NCBI GenBank assembly: GCA_965219685.1
Contig: CBDCOH010000002.1
Coordinates: forward strand, 4,288,001 to 4,352,000
Length of the DNA stretch: 64,000 nt
Direction: 5' to 3'
Origin: Candidatus Spongiisociaceae bacterium
GTDB taxonomy: Bacteria; Actinomycetota; Acidimicrobiia; Spongiisociales; Spongiisociaceae
A model generated the notes under the pieces. That model ran no database searches and was not told the DNA's origin. It saw nothing but the letters and a program-made list of their open reading frames with translations. Each line of letters opens with the position of its first letter. The first letter of the stretch is position 1. This document shows positions 38,012 to 48,328 of this stretch, one piece after another. The position numbers and the translations under genes are program-made.

Positions 38012-39775
38012 CTAGGTGGGGGTTTCGCCCGCCGGATCGCGGAGCGAGCGGGTCTGGTGCCGATCGATGGTCATCGTCTCGGTGTCGATCACCACCTTGT
38101 AGACCTCACGGGCGTGTTCGGGCGTCACCCACTCGTTCATGACGTCGTCGAGGACCTTCTCGGGATCGCGCTCGGTGGGATCCCCGATCCCGCCGCCGCC
38201 GCCGCTGACCTTCCCGAGGATCTCCCCGGACTTGATTTGCACCATGCGGTGGGTACGCGCCGGGATGACCTCGTCCCCCCGGCGGACGTACATCCTCGAC
38301 AGGGGACCGTCCTCACCCCCGATCGCTCCCGGCGGCTGGGTGAGGTCGCCGTCCGAGCTGCCGGTGGCCACCCCCACGTCGCCGCCGACGTTCTCGACTT
38401 CCCAGAGCATCCCCGAACCGCCCCGCCACCGGCCGGCGCCCGACATGTCCGGGACGAAGTGGTAGCGCACCGCCCTCCAGGGGAACCGGATCTCGATCTC
38501 CTCCACGCTGCCGCGCTGGATCGAGCCGAGGCCGGACATCCCCATTGCCCCCTCGAACCCGTCGTAGCCCCAGACCGCTCCGGAGCCCCCGTCGGCGTCG
38601 GTGGTGGTCTGCACGTAGCGTTCGCCGGTGCGGGGGTCGATACCCGCGATGTAGTGACCCCGCCGCCGTCCCCATCCGGCGATTGCCTTATCCGGCATGG
38701 CCTTCGACAGGGCATTCACGGTCGCCTCCAGCACCTGGGTCCCCACGTTCACCGGCGAGCCGCCCACCGTGGCCGGGTACTGGGCGTTGCAGACCGAGCC
38801 CTCGGGGGCGACCACCGTGATGGGGCGCATGCTGCCCTCGTTGTGGAACTCGGAGAAGGCCGGATCGAAGTACAGGAAGCTTCCCGCCACCGCCCGGCTG
38901 TAGGTGGACGAGTAGACGCAGTTCACGAAACCGCGTCGCTGGGCGTCGCTCTCTGAGAAGTCGAGGATCAGCTCGTCGCCCTTGATCGTGGCCGCGCACC
39001 GGACCCACACCAGCTCGTCGAGCACGGTGCCGTCGTCGTCGGTGGCCGACTCGCCGTAATAGGTGCCGTCGGGAACCTCGGCAAGCTGGGCGCGCACGTT
39101 GGCCTCCATCCGGTCCAGCATCTCCTCCACGGCATCCTTGACCGTCGGAACCCCGTACTTGTCGAGCAGGGTGACGATCCGGTTGTCGCACACCTGCAGG
39201 GCGGCCATCAGCGCGTAGTTGTCGATCTTGACGCCGTCCGGCCAGCGGACGTTGTTCCAGATGAGCTCCAGCACGTCGGTGCGCTCCCGGCCCCGGTCGT
39301 AGATCTTGGTGGGGGGGATCATCAACCCTTCGGCGTGGATGTCGTAGCCGTTGGGGAAGTAGCCGCCGGGGAAGGACCCTCCGGTGTCCATCTGGTGCCC
39401 CCGGGTCAGGGCGACGAACACCAACTCGTCCTCGTAGAAGATCGGCCTGAAGAAGCCCCAGTCCGGGAGGTGGTTGCAGTAGCCCTTGTACGGGTCGTTG
39501 CAGATGATCACATCCCCCGGATGGAGGTCGTCGCCGAACTTGTCGAGGATGTACTCCACCGAGAACTGCTGCGACAGGAACATGGAAGTGGGTCCCTCGG
39601 GCACCGCGATGGTGCGGGCCTGCGCGTCCCAGATACCGGCCGCCATGTCGTGGAGCTGCGCGATCAGGTAGTTCTGGGCCGTGCGGTCGATGACGTAGCG
39701 CATCTCGCGGCCCATGCTCTGGAACGAGTTCCAGATAGTCGACAGGGTGATCGGGTCGATGGTCCCGGGTTTCAT
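38012..39775 (-). CDS. Hydantoinase B/oxoprolinase-family subunit
   Basis: IDPITL, PGDVIICNDPY...HLPD, HQMDTGG, EGLMIPP, SGAGRWRGG, GGGGGIGDP. Confidence 0.95.
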   Translation of the reverse strand: MKPGTIDPITLSTIWNSFQSMGREMRYVIDRTAQNYLIAQLHDMAAGIWDAQARTIAVPEGPTSMFLSQQFSVEYILDKFGDDLHPGDVIICNDPYKGYCNHLPDWGFFRPIFYEDELVFVALTRGHQMDTGGSFPGGYFPNGYDIHAEGLMIPPTKIYDRGRERTDVLELIWNNVRWPDGVKIDNYALMAALQVCDNRIVTLLDKYGVPTVKDAVEEMLDRMEANVRAQLAEVPDGTYYGESATDDDGTVLDELVWVRCAATIKGDELILDFSESDAQRRGFVNCVYSSTYSRAVAGSFLYFDPAFSEFHNEGSMRPITVVAPEGSVCNAQYPATVGGSPVNVGTQVLEATVNALSKAMPDKAIAGWGRRRGHYIAGIDPRTGERYVQTTTDADGGSGAVWGYDGFEGAMGMSGLGSIQRGSVEEIEIRFPWRAVRYHFVPDMSGAGRWRGGSGMLWEVENVGGDVGVATGSSDGDLTQPPGAIGGEDGPLSRMYVRRGDEVIPARTHRMVQIKSGEILGKVSGGGGGIGDPTERDPEKVLDDVMNEWVTPEHAREVYKVVIDTETMTIDRHQTRSLRDPAGETPT

Positions 39776-41943
39776 CTCGCGCCTCCTCGAGGTTCTGCAA
39801 CCGCTCCGTTGCGGGTCAGGTGGTAGCTGCGCTGGGCGTCGACCGTGGCGACGAACGAGCCGGGGATGACCACCGTGGTCGTTGGTTCCTCGATGATGGC
39901 CGGCCCGGCGATTCGGTTGCCGGCCTGCAGGCGGCCACCGTCGAAAACGGGGGTGGACACCCGCCCGCCCCCGAACCAGCAGTCACGATGGGATTTGAGC
40001 GCTGCCGACGGATCCGGGCCCCCCCGCGGAATGCGGTGCAGCTCGAAGGGGGCCTTCGGCACGGTGGCCCGCAGCCGGAAGGTCAGCAACTCCACGCCCT
40101 GCCATGGCATGTTGAACGTGTACAGGTCGTAGTGCTTGGCGTGGAAGTTGTCGATGGCCTCCTCGACCGCGTCCAGCATCCGCATCCCGCCCGCGTCCCG
40201 GAAGACGCTCGCCCGGAAGGTCCTCTCCGCGGTGTCGGAGAGGTCCTGGCCGGGATCCATCGGCATCTCCACCTCCACCTCGTGGAACTGCCCTATGTAC
40301 CGGAGATCGGCGGTGCGGTGGAAGCTCACATCCTCGGCCCGGTATCCCATTTCTTCGAAGCCGGCGACGGCTTCCTGCTCCATCTCCCCGTAGAGTTCCT
40401 GTACCCGGTCGGCGTCGAGGTCGACGAAACGGGTGATGTAGGAGCGGGCGTAGTTCCGGCCCACATCCATCGCGAACATCCCGAAGGCCGAGTAGGTGGA
40501 GGCCACAGACGGTACGATCACGTTCGGGAGACCGAGTATGTCGGCGATGAACGCGGCATGCACCGGACCGGCCCCGCCCCCGGCCACCAGGGTCAGGTCC
40601 CGCACGTCTATTCCCCGCCGGGTCGAGACCTCGTTGATCTCATCGGCGGTGAACGAACTGACCGCGGTCATGATCGCCTGCGCAGCCTCCTCGAGGCTCA
40701 TCCCGAGGGGTCCGGCCACCCGCTCCATGATCGCCACTTCTGCCAGATCTGAGTCGAGTTCGATCTCGCCTCCCAGGAAGAACCCCGGATCTATGTACCC
40801 GAGGGCCAGATCGGCGTCGGTTACGGTGGGATCCTTCCCGCCCTTCGCGTAGCAGGCGGGCCCCGGATCGCTCCCGGCCGAACTCGGGCCCACCCGCAGC
40901 AGCCCCAGCGAGTCGACCCACGCGATGGACCCGCCCCCGGCGCCGGCCGAGACGATGTCCACCATCTTGATGGCTACGCGCTCGTCCTGGACCCATCCCT
41001 CGGTCGTGGTGGGAATCTCGCCCCGCATCACCACCCCGATGTCGATGGAAGTTCCTCCCATGTCAAAGCTGAGCAGGTTCCCGTGGCCGGTCTCGGCACC
41101 CAGATGGACAGCTCCGGCAGGTGCTGCGGCCGGTCCGGATCCGATCAGATAGACCGCGCGGGGAATGCAGTTCTCGACCGTCTCCACCAGACCGTCGGAG
41201 AGCATCATCATCAGGCTGCCCGAGAAGCCGTTATCGCCCAGCCGTTCCTCCAGTGCCAGCAGGTAGCGCTTCACGGCCGGTCCGGTGTACGCGGACACGG
41301 CCATCGTGGAGAAGCGCTCCCATTCCCGCCACACGGGGAGGATCTGGGATGAGGTGGTCACGTAGACGCCCTCGCCGAGTTCCTCCTCGACGATCGCAGC
41401 GGCGCGCTGCTCGTGGGCGGGGTTGGCGTAGGAGTGCAGGAAACCGACCGCCACCGACTCGACGCCCTCCCGGTCGAGCCGGCGGGCCGCCTCGCGTACT
41501 TCGTCCTCGTCGAGAGGGGTGAGGACCTCGCCCGTGTACAGCACCCGTTCCTCGGCCTCGAGCCGGCGACGCCTCGGGATCAGCGGCTTGTAGGGGGGCA
41601 CGAAGACGTTGTACATGGAGGTCCGCACGTTCTTGTAGCCGCGCCTTATCTCGAGCATGTCCCGGAAGTGTTTGGTCGTGATCATCCCGGTCCGGGCGCC
41701 GTCCTCGTTTATCAGGGTGTTGGTGGCGAGAGTCGTCCCGTGAATGAGGAGATCGACCTGTCCGAGGAAGTCGGCCAGTCCAAGACCGTAGGCCGTTGCC
41801 GCCTTGGAGAGGGCGTCTACGCAGCCGACCGAAGGATCAGGTGGGGTGGTGGGCGCCTTGAACTGCCGCAGGTCACCTCTCTGCTCGTCAAGGACGAGGC
41901 AATCGGTGAAGGTTCCTCCGACATCGATGGCTACCCGATACAT
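39772..41943 (-). CDS. Hydantoinase A/oxoprolinase-family ATP-dependent subunit
   Basis: IDVGGTFTD, HGTTLATN, SGPAA, DMGGTS, GAGGGSIA, PGPACY, PTVTDAD. Confidence 0.96.
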   Translation of the reverse strand: MYRVAIDVGGTFTDCLVLDEQRGDLRQFKAPTTPPDPSVGCVDALSKAATAYGLGLADFLGQVDLLIHGTTLATNTLINEDGARTGMITTKHFRDMLEIRRGYKNVRTSMYNVFVPPYKPLIPRRRRLEAEERVLYTGEVLTPLDEDEVREAARRLDREGVESVAVGFLHSYANPAHEQRAAAIVEEELGEGVYVTTSSQILPVWREWERFSTMAVSAYTGPAVKRYLLALEERLGDNGFSGSLMMMLSDGLVETVENCIPRAVYLIGSGPAAAPAGAVHLGAETGHGNLLSFDMGGTSIDIGVVMRGEIPTTTEGWVQDERVAIKMVDIVSAGAGGGSIAWVDSLGLLRVGPSSAGSDPGPACYAKGGKDPTVTDADLALGYIDPGFFLGGEIELDSDLAEVAIMERVAGPLGMSLEEAAQAIMTAVSSFTADEINEVSTRRGIDVRDLTLVAGGGAGPVHAAFIADILGLPNVIVPSVASTYSAFGMFAMDVGRNYARSYITRFVDLDADRVQELYGEMEQEAVAGFEEMGYRAEDVSFHRTADLRYIGQFHEVEVEMPMDPGQDLSDTAERTFRASVFRDAGGMRMLDAVEEAIDNFHAKHYDLYTFNMPWQGVELLTFRLRATVPKAPFELHRIPRGGPDPSAALKSHRDCWFGGGRVSTPVFDGGRLQAGNRIAGPAIIEEPTTTVVIPGSFVATVDAQRSYHLTRNGAVAEPRGGAR

Positions 41944-41998
41944 GGTGCCTCGCGCCTGCCGGACTGTTGAGGGAGGTTCGTCTGGTCCATGACGGGAT

Positions 41999-42013
41999 TG
42001 TATACCTTATGCA
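41999..42013. promoter_or_regulatory. Putative GntR operator (TGTATA-CCT-TATGCA)
   Basis: Quasi-palindrome about 55 nt upstream of the hydantoinase operon. Confidence 0.65.
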
Positions 42014-42093
42014 GAAGACGACCGTCCATCCTCCTTCCCTTGCGAAAACCCGCTTTAGACGGGAACAGGCTCTGTTCCCGTCTCGCGATGCCC

Positions 42094-42753
42094 CTACGGG
42101 GTCTCCTCCGACATGGTCGCCAGCAGGTCGTCCCGGGCTTCCTCAAGATGTGCCGCGACCGCGAGGGCGGCTCCGTCGGCGTCCCCGTTCTTGATGCAGT
42201 TGCGCACCTGCGAGTGAGCGGCGTGTGCCAGATCGGTATCCTGCAGGATGTGGTAGCGGCCGACGTTGTCCCGGAGTTGCATGATGAGGCGATGCATCCG
42301 GGGTCGCCCCGCGTGAGAGTAGAGCACGTCGTAGAACCTGCGCCGGGCGCTCCGTCCCTCGGACGCGTTCCGGTGCGAAGTGTCCATGTGCTTCGACAAC
42401 TCCACCACGTCCGCCATTTCCCGGCTTCCCGCGAGGTTCTGGACTGCGTACCGGATGCAGCAACCCTCGAGCATGATCCTCAACTCGTAGATCTCCGCTA
42501 TGTCGCGGGTGGACAGAGCCGTCACCCAGGCCCCCCGCCGTCCGTCGATCCTCACCAGTGCCTCCTCGCCGAGGCGGCGCAGCGCATCACGCAAGGGGAT
42601 ACGGCTGACTCCCAGTTGCCGGGCCAGTTCCGCCTGGGCGAGTCGTTCGCCGGGCATGAGCCGGCCGCTGAGAATGGCGTCTCGGAGGGCGGATGTCACC
42701 GCATCCTCGGCGCTGAGCGGTTCGACGACGGGTAGCAACTTGGTTCCGCTCAT
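42094..42753 (-). CDS. GntR-family (FCD domain) transcriptional regulator
   Basis: LRDAILSGRLMPGERL...LGVSRIPLRDAL...EIYELRIMLE...HLE. Confidence 0.95.
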   Translation of the reverse strand: MSGTKLLPVVEPLSAEDAVTSALRDAILSGRLMPGERLAQAELARQLGVSRIPLRDALRRLGEEALVRIDGRRGAWVTALSTRDIAEIYELRIMLEGCCIRYAVQNLAGSREMADVVELSKHMDTSHRNASEGRSARRRFYDVLYSHAGRPRMHRLIMQLRDNVGRYHILQDTDLAHAAHSQVRNCIKNGDADGAALAVAAHLEEARDDLLATMSEETP

Positions 42754-42797
42754 GGTGGCGGGAGCGTCGGTGGTCCGGGACTCGACGGATTCATCAC

Positions 42798-42812
42798 GGC
42801 ATATTGTATGCA
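42798..42812. promoter_or_regulatory. Putative GntR operator (GGCATA-TTG-TATGCA)
   Basis: Between the gntR start and the divergent amidohydrolase operon, the usual autoregulatory position. Confidence 0.65.
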
Positions 42813-43014
42813 GGGGTCGCCCGGGCGGCCCTGACTGATCGGGGTCTTCCGTAGAATGTAGCTCGAATACTCGCTAGGGAGGGTGGAGTGAAACTCCTGC
42901 ACGGGCCGCCGACTCGTGACATTATGCCTGGTCAGAGGAAGACAGGCCGTTGCTCACCACGGTCTTAGACCACCCTCCGGGGCCATCCCGCCACGACTGT
43001 CGAGGACACAGGGA

Positions 43015-44421
43015 GTGATTGTCGCAGACCTACCCCGCCGGGGGAGCTACGTGATCCGCAACACCACCGCGCTGACCATGGATCCGGCCCTGGGAGAACT
43101 CAGGGGTATTGATCTCCGGATCGAAGACGGGGTCCTGGTAGCGGTGGGCCGGCGGTTGGCCGCAGATGGGTCCGAGGCCATCGACGGAAGCAACTGCATC
43201 ACCTTGCCCGGCTTCGTCGATTCGCACTGGCACGTCTGGGGCACACTTCTCAGAGGGGTGGTCGGCGACGGGAAGCAGCACGGATGGTTCGCCACCAAGG
43301 GCAGGCTCGGGGGTTTCTTCACGTCCGAGGATGTGGCGGCCGGGGTGATGCTCGGCATGGCCGAGGGCATTGCCGCCGGGGTTACCACGGTCCACGACTG
43401 GTCACACAACATCATGCGGTACAGCGACGCCGAGGCAAACCTCGATGTGCATCGGCGGCTGGGAACCAGGGTGCACTTTTCGTACTCCGCGCCCTCGGCG
43501 CATCCCTCGATGCCGATGGAGAAGATGCGCGCGATCCTGGAGAAAGGCGGGGTCCTGCCCGACGAGGTCATGGACTTCGGGAACATCGGGAGGATCGCCC
43601 AGGAGTGGGTGCCGCATTCGGAGGGGCTCCTCACCCTCGGTGTGGGGGTTCGCGGGCCTGCCCGGTCGACGCCCCAGGTCTACCGCAAGGAATGGGCGCT
43701 GGCGAGGGAGCAGGGATTGACGATCTCGATGCACTGCGCCGGGACACGGGCGGAGGTGCGGCGCATCCACCAGGTCCAGATCCTGCATGACGACGGTCTC
43801 CTGGGACCCGACATGCTCCTGGCGCACTGCCTCTACATTTCCCCGGCCGAACGGGAGCATCTGGCCGTCAACCGGATCCCGGTGAGCATGAGCCCCATGT
43901 CCTCGCTGAGGTTGGGCATGGGTGCGCCCCCGGTCGGCGGGCACCTCGCCGCAGGGATCTCCGTCAGCCTTTCGCTGGACACCACGGCGATCTCGGCCTG
44001 CGCCGATGTCTTCGCAGCCATGCGAGTGGCGGTAGGGCTGGAGGCGATCGCCAACCAGGACGCCGAGGCGCTGAGCCCCCGGCGGGCCTTGGAGTTGGCG
44101 ACGATCGAGGGGGCTAGAGCCCTGGGTCTCGACCATCTGGTGGGATCGTTGTCGGTGGGCAAGCGCGCCGACCTGATCATGGTGAGGACCGACGCCCTGA
44201 ACATGGCGCCCGTCCATTACCCGGCGGTGGCAGTAGTCCATTCCGCTCAGCCGGCGAACGTCGACCTGGTGATGGTCGACGGACGGATCCTCAAGCGCGA
44301 CGGACGACTGACCGCGGTCGACGCCGCAGCAGCCGTCGACAACGCCTCCGGTCGCCTGAGGGATCTGTGCGCTCGGGCCGGATACCGGCCTCCCGACGGC
44401 CGGCAGGGGAGCGCGGGATGA
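43015..44421 (+). CDS. Amidohydrolase-family protein (Atz/Trz/SAH-deaminase-like)
   Basis: PGFVDSHWH, GVTT, AHC, SLD, ATIEGARALG, GKRADL; start uncertain. Confidence 0.88.
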   Translation: MIVADLPRRGSYVIRNTTALTMDPALGELRGIDLRIEDGVLVAVGRRLAADGSEAIDGSNCITLPGFVDSHWHVWGTLLRGVVGDGKQHGWFATKGRLGGFFTSEDVAAGVMLGMAEGIAAGVTTVHDWSHNIMRYSDAEANLDVHRRLGTRVHFSYSAPSAHPSMPMEKMRAILEKGGVLPDEVMDFGNIGRIAQEWVPHSEGLLTLGVGVRGPARSTPQVYRKEWALAREQGLTISMHCAGTRAEVRRIHQVQILHDDGLLGPDMLLAHCLYISPAEREHLAVNRIPVSMSPMSSLRLGMGAPPVGGHLAAGISVSLSLDTTAISACADVFAAMRVAVGLEAIANQDAEALSPRRALELATIEGARALGLDHLVGSLSVGKRADLIMVRTDALNMAPVHYPAVAVVHSAQPANVDLVMVDGRILKRDGRLTAVDAAAAVDNASGRLRDLCARAGYRPPDGRQGSAG

Positions 44422-45272
44422 AGACGACCATCCGGGTCGGTGATGTCGAGGTCACGGCCATACAGGACAAGGCCCACGCCTTCGACCGGGCGTGGCACTA
44501 CCCGGGCGTTCCCGAAGAGGCTTGGGCCCCGTACGTGGACCTCTTGGAGAGCGAGCCGGGGAGCGCAATGGTCAACTTCCATTGCTTCGTGGTTCGTGGC
44601 GACGACCGTGTGGTGCTGGTCGACACCGGCTGGGGACCCGAGTTGGGTCCTCCCGGGGCACCTAGGTCGCGGGGAGCCCTGCCGGAACGGCTGGCGGAGA
44701 TGGGGTTGCAGCCGGAGGATGTCGATCTGGTGGCCTTCACCCACCTCCACGCCGATCATGTGGGCTGGAACCTGGTGTACGACGGGGAGGCGATCGCTCC
44801 CCGCTTCGCTAACGCCCGCTACCTGGTCTCCGAGAACGACTGGACCTTCTTCAGCGCCCGTGAGGAGAACCACCCGAACATCGCCCGCCAGGCTCTGCCC
44901 CTGGAAAGCACCGGGGTCCTCGACACCTTCTCGGACGGTCACCGGGTCACCCCCTCGGTCACGGCGGTGGCCACCCCGGGACACACCCCCGGGCACACCA
45001 GCTTCGTGATCCACTCCGGCAGCGAGCGGTTGTTCATCCTCGGCGACCTGATCCACCATCCCGTTGTGGCAACCGAGACGGGCTGGGTTCACCGGTTCGA
45101 CGCGGATCCCCGGGAAGCGGTCGTGACGAGGAAACGGGAACTCCGCCGGCTCGAAAAGGACCGTACCCTCGTGGCGGCCGGCCACCTGAACCACCCCAGC
45201 TTCGGCAGGTTCGAGCGCCGGGACGGACAGAGGAAGTGGCTACCTTGGCCGAGCGCGCGGGACGGCGCCTGA
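44418..45272 (+). CDS. MBL-fold metallo-hydrolase (lactonase-like)
   Basis: LVDTG, THLHADHVG, TPGHTPGH, GDL, GH. Confidence 0.93.
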   Translation: MKTTIRVGDVEVTAIQDKAHAFDRAWHYPGVPEEAWAPYVDLLESEPGSAMVNFHCFVVRGDDRVVLVDTGWGPELGPPGAPRSRGALPERLAEMGLQPEDVDLVAFTHLHADHVGWNLVYDGEAIAPRFANARYLVSENDWTFFSAREENHPNIARQALPLESTGVLDTFSDGHRVTPSVTAVATPGHTPGHTSFVIHSGSERLFILGDLIHHPVVATETGWVHRFDADPREAVVTRKRELRRLEKDRTLVAAGHLNHPSFGRFERRDGQRKWLPWPSARDGA

Positions 45273-45275
45273 ACC

Positions 45276-45740
45276 GTGGATCTCTTCGGTGTCCTGCTGT
45301 TCCTGCATCTGTTCGGTGCGATGGCCGGGATCGGTCCCACCTTCGTGTTCGGAAGGATCAGCAGGCAGGGCGCACGAACCGAACACAGCCTCTTCGCCAC
45401 CCGGGTAGTCCGTCTCCTTACCAGCACCACCGCGATTCCACTCTCGGCACTGGTTCTGCTGTCCGGGATAGGGCTCATGGTGGTACAGGGCTACGGCTTG
45501 TTCGACCGGATGTGGCTGCTCGCCTCCATAGTCCTCTTCGCGGGCAGCTTCACCTATTCGGTGACGGTTCAGAACCCCACCCTGGCACGGGTAATCGAAG
45601 CCACCCGGGACGACGGGGAGCCCTCTCCGGAACGCATGGCGGAGATAACGCGGCTGCGTGCCCGGATTCGCCGGGGCGGAATCTACCTGCGCTCGACCGC
45701 GACCGTGATCCTGGCTCTGATGATCTTCAAACCCTTCTGA
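45276..45740 (+). CDS. DUF2269-like membrane protein
   Basis: Four TM segments, LFLHLF start, LMIFKPF end. Confidence 0.75.
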   Translation: MDLFGVLLFLHLFGAMAGIGPTFVFGRISRQGARTEHSLFATRVVRLLTSTTAIPLSALVLLSGIGLMVVQGYGLFDRMWLLASIVLFAGSFTYSVTVQNPTLARVIEATRDDGEPSPERMAEITRLRARIRRGGIYLRSTATVILALMIFKPF

Positions 45741-45786
45741 AGGAGGACCATGTGCACATTCACCCCTGAATCGGAGGTCTCAACCG

Positions 45787-46641
45787 ATGGTTGAAGCGAT
45801 CACCCCCCTCGTCTCGGGCGACTGGCTCGAAGCACGCCTCGACGATCCGACCGTACGGGTCATCGAGATCCAATACGAGGCGGACAGCAGCGAGTACGAC
45901 GACGGCCATATCCCCGGCGCTGTCAACTGGTATTGGAAGGACGTGCTCTGGCACCCCATGGAACGGCAGTTCCCCACCCCTCAACTGATGGCCGAGCGTC
46001 TAGGTGCCTGGGGTATCTCACCGGATACGACCCTCGTCTTCTACAGCGGGCGCAACCAGTATGCGATCTTCGCCTACTGGGTGACCTCGGTCATGAACGG
46101 CCATCCCGATGCCCGCGTTCTCGACGGGTCACAGAAGCGCTGGCAGATCGACGGGAGGCGGCTGACGACGGAGATCCCGGCCTTCGATCCGGTGCACTAC
46201 GAGCCGCAGCGGGCCGAACGCGACGACTCGACGCGGGTGTACTGCCGCCAGTTGCTGGCAGACCTGGGGAAACCGGGGCTGGTGGTGCTGGACGGACGGT
46301 ACGAGTCGGAGTATTCGGGAGAGCGGGTCAAGCCCGGCACCGGGTTCGATTACGGGGCCGAGCGCCACGGCCGCATCCCCGGCGCCAGGCACCTGATGTT
46401 CCGCCGCCTGTTCAACGACGACAACACACTCAGGACGCCAGGAGAACTGGAGGAGGTCTTCCGGTCGGTGGGCGCGGCGCCCGACCAAGCCGACGAAGTG
46501 GTCGCCTACTGCCGCCTGAGTCACAGGGCGTCCTTGCTCTGGTTCACCGCCACCCGGATACTCGGTTGGGATCATGTCCGGGTGTATGACGGATCGTGGA
46601 CCGAGTGGGGTTCGTCGGTCGGGCTTCCGGTCGAGCGGTAG
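45787..46641 (+). CDS. Tandem-domain rhodanese/sulfurtransferase
   Basis: GHIPGA, YCRLSHR active loop, YDGSWTEW. Confidence 0.95.
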   Translation: MVEAITPLVSGDWLEARLDDPTVRVIEIQYEADSSEYDDGHIPGAVNWYWKDVLWHPMERQFPTPQLMAERLGAWGISPDTTLVFYSGRNQYAIFAYWVTSVMNGHPDARVLDGSQKRWQIDGRRLTTEIPAFDPVHYEPQRAERDDSTRVYCRQLLADLGKPGLVVLDGRYESEYSGERVKPGTGFDYGAERHGRIPGARHLMFRRLFNDDNTLRTPGELEEVFRSVGAAPDQADEVVAYCRLSHRASLLWFTATRILGWDHVRVYDGSWTEWGSSVGLPVER

Positions 46642-46707
46642 CCGGGTCCCTTGGGAGGAACCGCCTGACAACCGGTCGATCAGCACCGCCGACCGGCGGC
46701 GGTTCGC

Positions 46708-47856
46708 CTACCCGGCAAGCAACTCTGCGGTCAGGTCCGTGTCCGCAGCCGCGTCGATCGCGGTCCAGGCCAGGGCCACCGCACCGTCGACGACCGCCTG
46801 GTCTGCGGCGGGGAGGGCGGCCGCGTCGGTGAAGCCGGGCTGGTGGTTCACCGCCGGGAGGGAGTCGATCCCGATGAAGGGATGGATGGTCGGAACCTCG
46901 AGCGAGACGTTCCCCATGTCGGTCGAGACGGGTGGGACGGGCCCGTCGTAGAAGGACCTTCCCAGCTGTTCCGCGTTGTACCTGTACCGTTTCGCCAGCG
47001 CTGGGTGGTGCTCCAGGTGACTGTACGGGGGGTTCGGCCTGTTCAGGGTCAGTTCCGCCCCTGTGGCCAGCGCGCCGGCCTCGAAGCATGCCTCCACCCG
47101 CCTGCGCAGGGCGTCGAGTTGGTCGACATGCGGGGTCCGGACCATGTAGGAGGCCGTCCCCAGAGCCGGAATGATGTTGGCGGCGGTGCCCGCCTCGGTC
47201 ACGATCCCGTGCACGCGGTCGGTGGCGTTCAAATGCTGGCGGAGCAGCCCGATCGCCACCTGAGCGACCACCAGCGCGTCGGCTGCGTTGACTCCCTGCT
47301 CGGGGAAGGCCGACGCATGCGCTTCCTTGCCCGTGTAGGAGACCTCCAGCCACTCGATCGCCACCACCGGAGGCGCCGCAACGTCGAAGGGGGCGGGATG
47401 AACCATCATGGCCGCGTGGGCGGCGTCGAAGGCACCCGCCTCCAGCAGCAGGACCTTGCCGCCACCGGCCTCCTCGGCCGGGGTGCCCAGGATCGTGACT
47501 TCGAGGCCGATGTCGCCCGCCACCTCGACCAGTCCCAAACCGGCGCCGACCGCAGCAGCCGAGATGACGTTGTGTCCGCACGCGTGCCCGATCCCTGGGA
47601 GAGCGTCGTATTCGGCGCAGATGACGACCCGGAGCGGTCCGTTCCCCGCCACTGCTCGGACCGCGGTCGGGATCCCGCCGTAACCGGTCTCGACGGAGAA
47701 CCCCGCACGGTCCAGGGCGTCCGCCACGGAAGCCGCCGACCGCACCTCCTCGAAAGCGGTCTCGGCGTAGCCATGGATTCCGTGGCTCAAGGCAAGCAAC
47801 TCACCCCTGGCCTGTTCGATTACCCCCTGAACCACCGCCTTGGCGTCCGTTCCCAC
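46708..47856 (-). CDS. M20 amidohydrolase (ACY1L2/PM20D2-like)
   Basis: EYDALPGIGHACGHN, GTPAEE.GGGK, STDMGNVS. Confidence 0.93.
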   Translation of the reverse strand: MGTDAKAVVQGVIEQARGELLALSHGIHGYAETAFEEVRSAASVADALDRAGFSVETGYGGIPTAVRAVAGNGPLRVVICAEYDALPGIGHACGHNVISAAAVGAGLGLVEVAGDIGLEVTILGTPAEEAGGGKVLLLEAGAFDAAHAAMMVHPAPFDVAAPPVVAIEWLEVSYTGKEAHASAFPEQGVNAADALVVAQVAIGLLRQHLNATDRVHGIVTEAGTAANIIPALGTASYMVRTPHVDQLDALRRRVEACFEAGALATGAELTLNRPNPPYSHLEHHPALAKRYRYNAEQLGRSFYDGPVPPVSTDMGNVSLEVPTIHPFIGIDSLPAVNHQPGFTDAAALPAADQAVVDGAVALAWTAIDAAADTDLTAELLAG

Positions 47857-48185
47857 CTCGATCTCCTCGTTCTTGCCGGACCTGGTCTGTCAAGAGACTA
47901 CCGGGAGGGGTTCCGCGCCCCGTCCGGGAACTCGCTACAAGGGGGTTGTACCTGTCACACCCGGACGGCATAGTGATAGGCAGTCGCAAGCACCACCGGT
48001 CCGTTCCGGCGCCGACATCGGACCGTGCCAGGGATCATGCACTCGAAGCCCGCCGACCGAGGGCAAGCGGGGCGCGCTTCGGACCCAGGAAAGGTGGCGG
48101 CGGGGGAGGGTCCGCCGGATCGGAGTCCAGTGGCGGTTTTCGCGACCTGGGCGTGCCGGACCCTGTGCCGAGCCCGAATGCAGCG

Positions 48186-48328
48186 CTAGACGAGTAGTCC
48201 CGAGCGATCTACCGGAAGCGACCGTACTCCACGATGCACCACCCAAACCGCGATATGGTAAGTAATCCGATCTAACGGAAACTGCCAATTACCTACTACA
48301 GGCTACAGACTAGGAACCAATCATCTAG
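48186..48328 (-). mobile_element. MITE-like element, copy C (internally deleted)
   Basis: Minus strand CTAGATGATTGGTTCC...GGGACTACTCGTCTAG; both ends match copy B. Confidence 0.65.

Noticed and set aside
47953-47974. TGTCAC-N10-CATAGT resembling a PafBC/RecA-NDp promoter
   Set aside because: Imperfect match with no credible downstream gene.
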